Shown here: piece after piece, positions 17,927-27,182 of the stretch
Numbering within the stretch: position 1 is the stretch's first letter
Layout: every line of letters starts with the position of its first letter
Source: a virus
Taxonomy: Duplodnaviria; Caudoviricetes
Length of the DNA stretch: 45,489 bases
Direction: 5' to 3' (one strand)
IMG/VR virus record: IMGVR_UViG_3300011429_000012
Coordinates: 1-45,489 of that record
Notes under the pieces: model-generated
Databases searched by the model: none
Told to the model about the DNA's origin: nothing
What the model saw: only the letters and a program-made list of their open reading frames with translations
Translations under genes and position numbers: made by a program

Positions 17927-19432
17927 ATGGCTCTACGTGATCATGAACCAATTGAGATAAATGAATTTAATGGACTTTGGAGACGTGGAGATCCAGATGA
18001 TACACCTTTAGATCATTTTTCTAATTGCGAAAATATTCAATTTGAATCTGGAGCAGGTTTTTTAACTCGCGCTGGAATTAATATATTTCAACATTTAAAT
18101 GTTCCTTTAACAGGTATATTAAGAATTTATAACTTTCCTACTCAGACGGCTAATACACTTCTTGTATTAACTACAGGTGGAAAGATATATCATGTAATTG
18201 ATGATGTAACTGTTTTCGGGCCTATTCTTACTATAGCCACGATGACAGATTTCGGGTTCGCGCCATTTGCAGGTCGCGCGTATATTACGCCCTTCTTTAC
18301 CAATAGTGATGGTATTGAAGTTGGTATTGATAATGAATTTTTGTATGTATATCTTGGGGACGGATTATCTGTTGCCCGTAAAGCATCAGTTACTCCTCCA
18401 GTTACAAATACACTTGCTGCAGCACTCGGAACAGGCGCGTCCGATGCAGGACTCCATATTTTTGGGGTCGTATACGAAACAGATACTGGTGCATTATCAG
18501 CTCCAGCAGATTTTACTACGTTAGTTCAGACTTTAGGTAATGGAGTTTCATTTACTGGTATTCCAGTATCTCCTGATTCATTTGTTACAAAAAGACATAT
18601 TGTTGCGACTAAGGCGATACCGAATTATAACGGTGATGAAGATGGATATCAATTCTTCTTCCTGCCTGGTGGAACTATTAATGATAACGTAGCTGTTGTA
18701 TTACCAAATATAAGTTATTTCGACTCCCAGTTATTAGAAGATGCGAGTCACTTACTTGACAACTTTAGCGAAATTCCTGCGGGTGTTGGGCTTACTTTTT
18801 ATCATAATAGGTTGGTTCTTAATACTACATTCGATAATATCTCTATTGCATATGTATCTGCTCCCGGAGAGCCTGAATCAATTAATCAAGTAGATGGAAT
18901 ACTTGTCGCGCCTTTAGATGGAAATCCATTAACCGTATTTCAAGAGTTAAGAGATGTCATATACGGATTTAAAAGAAATCGAACCCATTCTTGGGTGGAT
19001 AATGGTGATGAACCTTCTACTTGGCCTCTTACTACTATAGATTATGGATTAGGGTGTCCTGTTCATGGAATTGCGACTGTTTTGGATAGTGGGGCAAGTA
19101 GTATTGATTACTTACTTACCGCCGCATACCAAGGAATGCAAATCTTTAACGGTAGATACGCCAATCCAGAATTAAGTTGGAAGATTAAAGATTTTTGGAC
19201 TGACATTGATAAAGATGAATTTAGAAGAATTCAAATACTAAATGATCCGGTTAGAAAAGTATTATATATTGTATTGCCCGATAGATTAATGTTGACTGGG
19301 GATTATAATATTGGACTTGATCCCAAAGCAATTAGATGGAGTCCATATCGCGCAGATATTCAATTCAATACAATTGCTTTGATTAACATTAACACATTGA
19401 TTATCGGGGCTGAAAAGAGGCTATTATCATGA
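17927..19432 (+). CDS. tail nozzle / stabilisation protein (tubular B / P22 gp10-like), N-terminal part
   Basis: FNGL...NCENI...LTRAG N-terminus and beta-propeller-like repeats (YHNRLV, YVSAPGEPES, GCPVHG); ATG 17927 preferred as start. Confidence 0.7.
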   Translation: MALRDHEPIEINEFNGLWRRGDPDDTPLDHFSNCENIQFESGAGFLTRAGINIFQHLNVPLTGILRIYNFPTQTANTLLVLTTGGKIYHVIDDVTVFGPILTIATMTDFGFAPFAGRAYITPFFTNSDGIEVGIDNEFLYVYLGDGLSVARKASVTPPVTNTLAAALGTGASDAGLHIFGVVYETDTGALSAPADFTTLVQTLGNGVSFTGIPVSPDSFVTKRHIVATKAIPNYNGDEDGYQFFFLPGGTINDNVAVVLPNISYFDSQLLEDASHLLDNFSEIPAGVGLTFYHNRLVLNTTFDNISIAYVSAPGEPESINQVDGILVAPLDGNPLTVFQELRDVIYGFKRNRTHSWVDNGDEPSTWPLTTIDYGLGCPVHGIATVLDSGASSIDYLLTAAYQGMQIFNGRYANPELSWKIKDFWTDIDKDEFRRIQILNDPVRKVLYIVLPDRLMLTGDYNIGLDPKAIRWSPYRADIQFNTIALININTLIIGAEKRLLS

Positions 19433-19848
19433 TCGTTATTCCGTCTGTAGGTATGGTCGCGGCTTTAAGAAGTATTTTAAATAAAGTTAGCGGACTGCAA
19501 GAACCTTTTACACTGAAGTTATATTCTAATAACAGGACTCCTGCAAATAATGATGTTATTGGAGATTATACAGAGGTATCAGGTGGCGGGTATGCTGATA
19601 TTGATTTGGATACGGATGATATTACTGTTACTGCGGGCGCGCCTTCGGTTGCATTATACGATTCATTTCTTACCTTTACGTTCACAGGAGCTACTGATGC
19701 TCCTGGCACTGTTTACGGTTATTATATTATTGATGTGAATAACGTCCTGTTCATAGCAGAAAGATTCCCTGACCCAGTTCCATTTACACCTAATAATGGT
19801 TCTATTATTCGTGTTAAGCCACGGATTACCGGAACTTATGAAGTGTAA
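19429..19848 (+). CDS. virion structural protein (tail-associated)
   Basis: LKLYSNNRTP...YTEVSGGGYA...TVYGYYI...AERF pattern typical of small phage tail proteins. Confidence 0.65.
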   Translation: MIVIPSVGMVAALRSILNKVSGLQEPFTLKLYSNNRTPANNDVIGDYTEVSGGGYADIDLDTDDITVTAGAPSVALYDSFLTFTFTGATDAPGTVYGYYIIDVNNVLFIAERFPDPVPFTPNNGSIIRVKPRITGTYEV

Positions 19849-19850
19849 TT

Positions 19851-20837
19851 ATGCAAATTATAGTTGCAGTAGCGAATTGTGCAACTGGGGGAGTAACATT
19901 TCCTACTGATAATCCCTCTACAAGTGGGTCTATAGGTAATTTAATATTATCTCAAAGTGGAGCCGGGGATTGGTGGGATTGTATAAATGCTTTAGGAGAT
20001 ACAGCATTTATTAATTCTTCATTTATTGAACCTAATCCCGGAGATTCTTGTGCTTGGACATATGGTGCTATATTAGATACCGCTGGTGATCCAGGTGTAG
20101 ATACCGGATTTGTAGCTAGACTTAGATTAAAATTTTCTTCAGATGTTGTAACTGATGGTGATGTATTTATAACTATTCAGTTATATGCAGGAGATATCGA
20201 CGATTTTTCAAATGCTATAACTTTTTGGACTGGAGAAACTTCACCAGTTCCAGTAGGTGTTTTAGCCCCGGCTGTAGGAACAACTTTTGTTGAAATAGAA
20301 ATTCCCTTAACAGAAGTTCAGGTTCAAAATTTTAGGGCTAAGGGTGGATTTAGTGATGCTAGTGTTATTATTCATTGCGAATTTAGTTCATTAAATCTCA
20401 ATATTGATAATTTCGATATTAGTTATTTTGCCTTAGAAATTCCTGATTCTAGTTCATCTTCTTTAGAAATCATTGGTTCCGGTGGATTCATATTTGGGGG
20501 ACAAGGATTAGGATTAGATTATTTTGTTCCTCAAGGTGGGTTTAAATTTGGTGGAGATGCTGAATTATACTTTGATCCTCTTGAAATAGAAGGAACAGGA
20601 GGATTCATATTTTCTGGTTCAGCAGGATTAGGTGGTAATCAAATTACAGGAACAGGTGGGTTCATATTTAGTGGTGGAGGAAGGGATTTCTTAATTCTAT
20701 CACCTGATATTGGTGGAATCTATTTTCTTGATTTTGATGCTCATCATGATACATTTTATCTTAGAGATGGTTTTCAGGGAACAGAAGATGTAAAGATTCC
20801 AGACCCATTTATTCAAACTGCTTATTTGGGAGATTAA
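19851..20837 (+). CDS. tail appendage protein with four GGFxFxG repeats
   Basis: GSGGFIFGG, PQGGFKFGG and two GTGGFIFSG. Confidence 0.65.
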   Translation: MQIIVAVANCATGGVTFPTDNPSTSGSIGNLILSQSGAGDWWDCINALGDTAFINSSFIEPNPGDSCAWTYGAILDTAGDPGVDTGFVARLRLKFSSDVVTDGDVFITIQLYAGDIDDFSNAITFWTGETSPVPVGVLAPAVGTTFVEIEIPLTEVQVQNFRAKGGFSDASVIIHCEFSSLNLNIDNFDISYFALEIPDSSSSSLEIIGSGGFIFGGQGLGLDYFVPQGGFKFGGDAELYFDPLEIEGTGGFIFSGSAGLGGNQITGTGGFIFSGGGRDFLILSPDIGGIYFLDFDAHHDTFYLRDGFQGTEDVKIPDPFIQTAYLGD

Positions 20838-20838
20838 T

Positions 20839-21117
20839 ATGGGACAGGATAATATAATTCATTTCAATGCATTACGTGGTCGAATTAAAGGAACTGGTAT
20901 ATTAAGAACGCGCCTTTTCGATTTAGATGAAACTCAATCAGTTAATTTTCCTTTAATAAATATGGAAGAAATTACTGGTAGGTTTGTATTTAAATTAATT
21001 AATTTTAAGTCCCAAAGAGCTTGTTTGGAATTAAAGACTACAGCTATCGATGAAATAATGCGTATTAATAAATTAGTTGTATTCGCTAAACCAATCTTTA
21101 CTGAATATCCAGGTTAA
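20839..21117 (+). CDS. hypothetical protein, possibly the detached C-terminal domain of the nozzle
   Basis: 92 aa beta-strand pattern. Confidence 0.6.
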   Translation: MGQDNIIHFNALRGRIKGTGILRTRLFDLDETQSVNFPLINMEEITGRFVFKLINFKSQRACLELKTTAIDEIMRINKLVVFAKPIFTEYPG

Positions 21118-21119
21118 TT

Positions 21120-22436
21120 ATGCCTTTAGGTAAAGATTTTGATTTAAATCGATTACATAGTAATCTACTTACTTCAGGATTACAGTCTACTAATTTTCCA
21201 TTATATCAAGTAATTGACCAATTGATTCGCGCTCTAAAATCATTTGAAGATTCAACTATTGGGGCTATTGATACTATTAATAACAATATCACCAATAATA
21301 TTAACAATAAGAATAATTTCGGCGGACCTGCTGGGCCTTTTGTAATTGATGGATTAGATGGTGCAGATGGTCAAGATGGAATGCCTGGTGTAGCAGGGGC
21401 TAGAGGTATTCCTGGTATTACTACAGTAGTTATTCAACAAATTCCTGGAACAGATGGTTTAGATGGTGAAATAGGTGAACAAGGTATACCCGGACCTATT
21501 GGACCTACAGGTTCATCTGGTGCTACAGGTTCTACAGGTTTTCCAGGTTCTCCCGGAATGGATGGATTAGAAGGAGAACAAGGTGAACAGGGTATACAGG
21601 GATTAATTGGTCCAACTGGTAATACTGGTTCTCAAGGAATACAAGGTATTCAAGGATTTCAAGGAATACAGGGTTTTGAGGGTGAAGATGGATTAGATGG
21701 TATACCGGGTAATATTGGTCTTAGGGGACCCACTGGACCTGCAGGATTAGTAGGAATAAATGGGCCTCCTGGATTAGATGGTATAGATGGAGATGAAGGA
21801 TTAATAGGACCACCTGGACCTGTAGGAAGTAGAGGGCCAACAGGATTAACTGGTTTAACAGGATTAGATGGATTAGATGGGGAGGATAGTTATATTATCG
21901 GTCTTCCCGGTCCTGTAGGTTCTACTGGCCCGACTGGTCCATCAGGAATAGGATTAATGGGGCCTATTGGACCACCAGGATTAGATGCTGAAGAAGCTGA
22001 ATATCCTTATATAATTCCTGGTCCTCAAGGTAAAACAGGTGCATCAGGTGGTGGTGGGGGAAGTTTTACTACCATAGAAGTAGATTTAGGTTCAGCCGCA
22101 TGGAGAGGTTCTTTTACTTTAGTTGATGCATCAATTACGGCGGCATCTAAAGTTTTAATATGGCAAGCACCGGGCCCATATACAGGTAAGGGAACTAGAG
22201 CTGATGAAGCTGAAATGGATCCAATATGGTGTGTAGCTGCACCAGGAACTGGACAGGCTACTGTATATTGGCGAACATTTACAATGATTGGAACTTCCTT
22301 CGCAAATATTACTGGAATACAATTTGTTAATTCACCTTCTACACAGGGAATGCAGCCATTTTATGCGTCATTAATAGATACTATTTTAGGGCGCGTTAAG
22401 GGTAATGTAAAATTTCATTATACTGTTACTACTTAG
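21120..22436 (+). CDS. collagen-like tail fibre protein
   Basis: Long Gly-X-Y repeats over about aa 78-310. Confidence 0.9.
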   Translation: MPLGKDFDLNRLHSNLLTSGLQSTNFPLYQVIDQLIRALKSFEDSTIGAIDTINNNITNNINNKNNFGGPAGPFVIDGLDGADGQDGMPGVAGARGIPGITTVVIQQIPGTDGLDGEIGEQGIPGPIGPTGSSGATGSTGFPGSPGMDGLEGEQGEQGIQGLIGPTGNTGSQGIQGIQGFQGIQGFEGEDGLDGIPGNIGLRGPTGPAGLVGINGPPGLDGIDGDEGLIGPPGPVGSRGPTGLTGLTGLDGLDGEDSYIIGLPGPVGSTGPTGPSGIGLMGPIGPPGLDAEEAEYPYIIPGPQGKTGASGGGGGSFTTIEVDLGSAAWRGSFTLVDASITAASKVLIWQAPGPYTGKGTRADEAEMDPIWCVAAPGTGQATVYWRTFTMIGTSFANITGIQFVNSPSTQGMQPFYASLIDTILGRVKGNVKFHYTVTT

Positions 22437-22445
22437 GAGTAAAGA

Positions 22446-23162
22446 ATGGCAGTTATTGAAGGTGGAGCATCTGCAGCTTTAACAGATGTAGGTGCAAATA
22501 CTAAAGCGGCTAGAATAGAAATAAGACCTACTGATGTAGGATCTTTAGGATCTTATTCAATGGCTACACTTAGCGGCACAATGGCTGCTGGTTTAGGTGC
22601 AGGTTCTACTATCTATTCAATTAGATGGGGCGATGCTACGCGCGCTATGTTATTAAGACGATTAAGTATGGTAGCTAGGAATGCTGGAACTGCATTTGCA
22701 GCTGGAGTATTTAATTTTGAATTAGTTGTAGCGCGCTCTTTCACAGCTAGTGACACTGGTGGAACAAACTTAACTCCTACAGGAAATAGTCAGAAACGTA
22801 GAACTTCATTTGGAACTACTTTAATAACTGATATTAGAACTTCATCAACAGCTACATTAACAGCAGGAACTAGAACATTAGATGTTCAGACACATAATTT
22901 AATTCGTGGTATGGTTCCAGCTACAGCAGTTAATTATCCATTTGTTGGTAAAGGTGTTGGTAATTTACCTGGTGCTAGTATTAATGCATTTTCTTTAGAT
23001 TGGCAGGATTTATTTTCAACTGATGTTTCTAATGAATGGCCTTTGGTATTTGTTCAAAATGAAGGATGTATTATTCGCGCTACGGTTCCTGCTACTGGCA
23101 CATGGGAATTTGGTGTATTAGTTGAATGGTCTGAAGTTCCAACAACGGCTGGATTCAATTAG
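22446..23162 (+). CDS. putative tail or fibre-associated structural protein
   Basis: AGGAG Shine-Dalgarno; beta-rich, Thr/Ala/Gly-rich. Confidence 0.65.
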   Translation: MAVIEGGASAALTDVGANTKAARIEIRPTDVGSLGSYSMATLSGTMAAGLGAGSTIYSIRWGDATRAMLLRRLSMVARNAGTAFAAGVFNFELVVARSFTASDTGGTNLTPTGNSQKRRTSFGTTLITDIRTSSTATLTAGTRTLDVQTHNLIRGMVPATAVNYPFVGKGVGNLPGASINAFSLDWQDLFSTDVSNEWPLVFVQNEGCIIRATVPATGTWEFGVLVEWSEVPTTAGFN

Positions 23163-23171
23163 GAGTTAAAT

Positions 23172-23516
23172 ATGGCACGTATTCCGAAAAGATTAGTTGG
23201 ACCTGCTTTAATTGCGACTGGTCCTACGACTGTTTATACCGTTCCGGCATTAACTAAGACTATTATTAGACAGATTCATATTTCTAATCCTTCAGCATCA
23301 CCTGTTACATTTACTTTATCAGTAGGTGCAGATGCGGCTGGAACTAGATTATGGTCTACCTATTCTATTCCAGCAGCCGCGGCGGGTGTAACTGATTCTG
23401 TTAGAGATATCTTTATGTATCTAATTATGGATGCTGCTGAAATTTTGACTGTATCTGCTGGTACTAATAACATTCTTGATATCACCATCACAGGTGATGA
23501 GATTGTATTGGGTTAA
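23172..23516 (+). CDS. small beta-sandwich virion protein
   Basis: TTVYTVPA..KTIIRQIHISN motif seen in many phage structural proteins. Confidence 0.65.
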   Translation: MARIPKRLVGPALIATGPTTVYTVPALTKTIIRQIHISNPSASPVTFTLSVGADAAGTRLWSTYSIPAAAAGVTDSVRDIFMYLIMDAAEILTVSAGTNNILDITITGDEIVLG

Positions 23517-23517
23517 T

Positions 23518-23916
23518 ATGTCTCTCGGACCATCCGAACATCTAACATGGAAGGAAATGGCATGTAAGGATGGTTCTGCTTATCCTACTGAATGGAGAAT
23601 AAATCGGGTAATTATATTATCTGAAATATTTGAATTTATTAGAGGCTTATGTGGAGGTAAGCCAATTAAAATTCATTCAGCTTATAGAACACCTGATTAT
23701 AATAGATTAATAGGTGGGGTGGTTAATAGTCAGCATGTAATGGGGCGCGCTCTTGATTTAGGTGTTCCATCAGGTATGACTATTAATCACTTTCATCAAA
23801 TCATATCTAATATTCCTATGAATACCGCATTAAGGGGTATAGGGAAATATAAAACATTTATTCATATTGATGTTAGACCTACTGTTAAAAGAGCTATTTG
23901 GGATTTCAGCAAATGA
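23518..23916 (+). CDS. peptidase M15A (Zn D-Ala-D-Ala peptidase family), probable endolysin
   Basis: SAYRT..YN, SQHVMGRALD and FIHIDVR motifs; start reassigned to ATG 23518. Confidence 0.9.
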   Translation: MSLGPSEHLTWKEMACKDGSAYPTEWRINRVIILSEIFEFIRGLCGGKPIKIHSAYRTPDYNRLIGGVVNSQHVMGRALDLGVPSGMTINHFHQIISNIPMNTALRGIGKYKTFIHIDVRPTVKRAIWDFSK

Positions 23917-24290
23917 TTTCGCTTGTTACGTCTAATCATATAGAGCGCGCCAAAGAGCTTCATGAGGCCCATTATAAAGACCAGTTTGATTTACCTAATT
24001 TCTTATCTGATTTTTTATTGGTATTTAGTTCTATTAATAAAGATGGACAACTTGTCAGTATTGCAGGAATTAGACCAATACTCGAAATAGTTGCCATAAC
24101 TGATCAAACAAAGTCAGCCCGGGATAAATACATTGCAGTTTATGATTTACTTAGAGCAGGATTATTTTCTGCCAAGAATAATCATTATGACCAATTGCAT
24201 GCATTTATTCAAGATCCGCATTGGAAAGATGTTATGTTAAAACGTGGATTCAAAGAAACTAAAGGGCAGGCTTTGGTAATAGAGGTCTAA
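23913..24290 (+). CDS. GNAT-fold-like protein preceding the internal virion genes
   Basis: GQLVSIAG...LHAFI...LKRGFKE pattern; same position as GNAT-like genes in other podoviruses. Confidence 0.55.
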   Translation: MISLVTSNHIERAKELHEAHYKDQFDLPNFLSDFLLVFSSINKDGQLVSIAGIRPILEIVAITDQTKSARDKYIAVYDLLRAGLFSAKNNHYDQLHAFIQDPHWKDVMLKRGFKETKGQALVIEV

Positions 24291-24292
24291 TT

Positions 24293-25420
24293 ATGGCAAA
24301 GGGTGATAAGGGTAAGCATCAGGCCCAAATTGATAAGCAGGGGCAAATATTTCAATCGGGAATGGATAAATTAACGCCTCAGTTAGCTAATACAACTGGG
24401 ACGTTTATGAATAATTATAATACTGGTGTCGATAAGAATATGGGTTCTTATGACCAGATTATGAATAACTATCAAGATTATTATGATAATCCTAGAGGCA
24501 GACGTGGGGGTGGAGGTGGAGGAACTCCGGGGTTTACACCTACTAATTATGTTGCGCCTAAGATAGATTATCAAGATCCATTTGAATCTTATGGAGGTTA
24601 TAAAGATTTTGCTTCTACAGGTGGATTTGATGAGGCAGGTAAGGCTAATATACGCGCTAGGGCTATAGCTCCGACTAGGGCGATTTATGAACGTGGTAAT
24701 GAGAATTTATCACGTCAGCGATCATTACAAGGCGGATATTCACCCGGTTATGCTTCTGCAATGAGTCGTAATAATCGACAAATGAATGAGGCAGTATCTG
24801 ATGCTAATATCGCTGCTGAATCTGATTTAGCACGTATGATTCAGTCAGGTAGATTAGCAGGTTTAGGTGGAATGTCCGGTATTGAAGGACAGAGATTAGG
24901 CGCGCAATTTCGTAAGAATGAATATAATGCCGATTCTGATAAATGGGCTACAGAAGGTAATGCTGGAGAGAATAGATACGGTGCTGAATATAATTATAGA
25001 AATAGTATGGATCAAGAAGGTGATAGATTAGGTGCTTTAACGGGAATGACTAGTCTTTATGGAACTACTCCAGGCATGGCTAAACTATTTGGTGATCAAG
25101 TTCTACAGGGTCAGGGCCAACAGATGCAAGGTCAGGAAATGCAGGGAAATTTTGGTAATAGTCAAATAGCTAATCAATATCAAAATTTCCAAATGCCATC
25201 TAATTTTGAAACTGCAATGAATCGTGTTGGAACAGGATTAAAATATGCAGGTCAAGTTGGTGCAGCTATTGGAACAGGTGGGGCTTCATTAGCATTACCA
25301 GGTGGTGGTATATATGGATCTGGTGGATTTTTAGCTAAAAATACTCCAAGAGTAATTAATGGATTAGGTCCTACTAATGCTAACTTTGGTCAATATGTTC
25401 CAGTAGGAGGGTATCAATAA
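24293..25420 (+). CDS. internal virion / DNA ejection protein
   Basis: Gln/Gly/Asn-rich helical protein with a Gly/Ala-rich hydrophobic C-terminal segment. Confidence 0.65.
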   Translation: MAKGDKGKHQAQIDKQGQIFQSGMDKLTPQLANTTGTFMNNYNTGVDKNMGSYDQIMNNYQDYYDNPRGRRGGGGGGTPGFTPTNYVAPKIDYQDPFESYGGYKDFASTGGFDEAGKANIRARAIAPTRAIYERGNENLSRQRSLQGGYSPGYASAMSRNNRQMNEAVSDANIAAESDLARMIQSGRLAGLGGMSGIEGQRLGAQFRKNEYNADSDKWATEGNAGENRYGAEYNYRNSMDQEGDRLGALTGMTSLYGTTPGMAKLFGDQVLQGQGQQMQGQEMQGNFGNSQIANQYQNFQMPSNFETAMNRVGTGLKYAGQVGAAIGTGGASLALPGGGIYGSGGFLAKNTPRVINGLGPTNANFGQYVPVGGYQ

Positions 25421-26028
25421 TGTTCCCTCTTAATGATAGAATGAAAGGTCGCACTCCTTTCATGACATCTACTCCTAGGTCTGCATTTGTTCCATCATTC
25501 AATAGGGATAATTCAGATATTGGAATGGATTCAAATAGATCGCGCGATTTTAATCAAACACAATATGTTCCTAATGCTGATTATAAACAACCTGCTATTG
25601 GCCCATCAGCTAATGCTATGACTCCTTCTGGTTCTACTCCAGGTGCATTTAATCCTATGGGTTATGGGACTCCAGGTATGGATAGTGCATATATGCCCAG
25701 TCAAATGATGTCTGGTATACCTGACTCATCTAAGGGCGGTGTGCCATATTCAGGTATGGGTGGAGTTCCTAATTCTGCTAATGGAGGAATTCCATATTCT
25801 GGGCAAAGTATGGTGCCAGGATTAGGTCCTTCATTTACAGATTTTAAACAACATATGAATTCTAATCTACCTAGACAGAAGAATGATATTCAAACTAATG
25901 CAAATAGAATTAGTCAAGGATTAGGTAGTTTTAGAGATACAACTAAAAATAATTTATCTTTTATGGGCCAACCTATTAGTTTCGGTGGCGGACAACAATT
26001 GCCGATTAATAGAAAGGTGCAATACTAA
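25420..26028 (+). CDS. low-complexity Met/Pro/Gly/Ser-rich protein, possibly ejection-related
   Basis: TAATG coupling at both ends; GGVPYSG-type repeats. Confidence 0.6.
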   Translation: MFPLNDRMKGRTPFMTSTPRSAFVPSFNRDNSDIGMDSNRSRDFNQTQYVPNADYKQPAIGPSANAMTPSGSTPGAFNPMGYGTPGMDSAYMPSQMMSGIPDSSKGGVPYSGMGGVPNSANGGIPYSGQSMVPGLGPSFTDFKQHMNSNLPRQKNDIQTNANRISQGLGSFRDTTKNNLSFMGQPISFGGGQQLPINRKVQY

Positions 26029-27182
26029 TGGCCTTCAATAATATTTTAAGAATGAAGAATTTATTTGGACCATCTGAATCCTTTAATCAGATGAATCAAC
26101 CTACTCCTTATCAGGCTCCTCCTCATATTGATGAAAATATTCAGACTGATGTAGAGAAACCAGATAGGGGCGCGCTTAGTCGTATTTATGATATGATGTC
26201 TAGTATGCCAGAGCGTGGTAAGGTTGGTACTAAGGGTAAAATTGGTGGTTTTCTTATGGCTTTAGGCGGTCGTTCGCCTGAAAATATTGATAGAACTGTT
26301 CAATCTAAATATTATGAAGGAATGGAAGATTTTGATAGAAAAATTGATCCCTTATTAAAAGCAGGAAAATTGGAATCGGATACGGCTAATACTCAATCCT
26401 TAACTGATTATCGAATGGGTAATGTAGCTAATGCTGGATTACGTGCTAAAATAGGCGCGGCTAATACGACTTCATTAATTGCTGACAGAAAAGCAGATAA
26501 TGATCGTGCTGAAAGGGCGTTAGAATTAAAACGTCATTTAGGTGATAGACCTGATACTATATTAAGGAAATCACCTGGTATAAATGATCAATTAATTGAT
26601 AAACGAACTGGTAAAGTATTAGCTGAATATCCTGTTGGGACCTTAAGAACTGATGAAGAAGAAGCATTAAAACAAGCAGGTAGATTAGAAGTAATTGATG
26701 CGCAAGGAACTAATTTATTACGTAATATTGCTGCTCAGGGAGCTGCTAATGTTGTTACTAAACAAACTCCTTCAGGTAATGTAACTAATCAAACTCCTGC
26801 TGCGGAAAGGCGCGCTGTATTAAATCGCCTTGATAAAATTAAATCAGCCTTTCCAGGTATAGGTGATGTTATTACTCTTGATGAACATGGTGGAATTAAT
26901 ATTGCACCAGAAGTAGATCCTGATACGCGTGATAAGATTATGTGGTTATTATATAGTGATAATGGACAGAAACCACCTCAATCATTAATAGGGACAGGAG
27001 TTCCTCCACCTCCGCCTAATAGTATTCCTATGACTGGGGGGAATAATACAGTTAATCAAACTCCTATTGGTGGGAATCCCCCAGCTAAAATTAAAATGAT
27101 GCGAGCTGATGGAACTACTCGTATGGTATCTCCTGAACATATTCAAATTGCAATTCAACAGGGATTTAAACAGGTTCAGTAA
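26028..27182 (+). CDS. internal virion / ejection protein
   Basis: 384 aa; position; Pro-rich linker before a small C-terminal domain. Confidence 0.6.
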   Translation: MAFNNILRMKNLFGPSESFNQMNQPTPYQAPPHIDENIQTDVEKPDRGALSRIYDMMSSMPERGKVGTKGKIGGFLMALGGRSPENIDRTVQSKYYEGMEDFDRKIDPLLKAGKLESDTANTQSLTDYRMGNVANAGLRAKIGAANTTSLIADRKADNDRAERALELKRHLGDRPDTILRKSPGINDQLIDKRTGKVLAEYPVGTLRTDEEEALKQAGRLEVIDAQGTNLLRNIAAQGAANVVTKQTPSGNVTNQTPAAERRAVLNRLDKIKSAFPGIGDVITLDEHGGINIAPEVDPDTRDKIMWLLYSDNGQKPPQSLIGTGVPPPPPNSIPMTGGNNTVNQTPIGGNPPAKIKMMRADGTTRMVSPEHIQIAIQQGFKQVQ

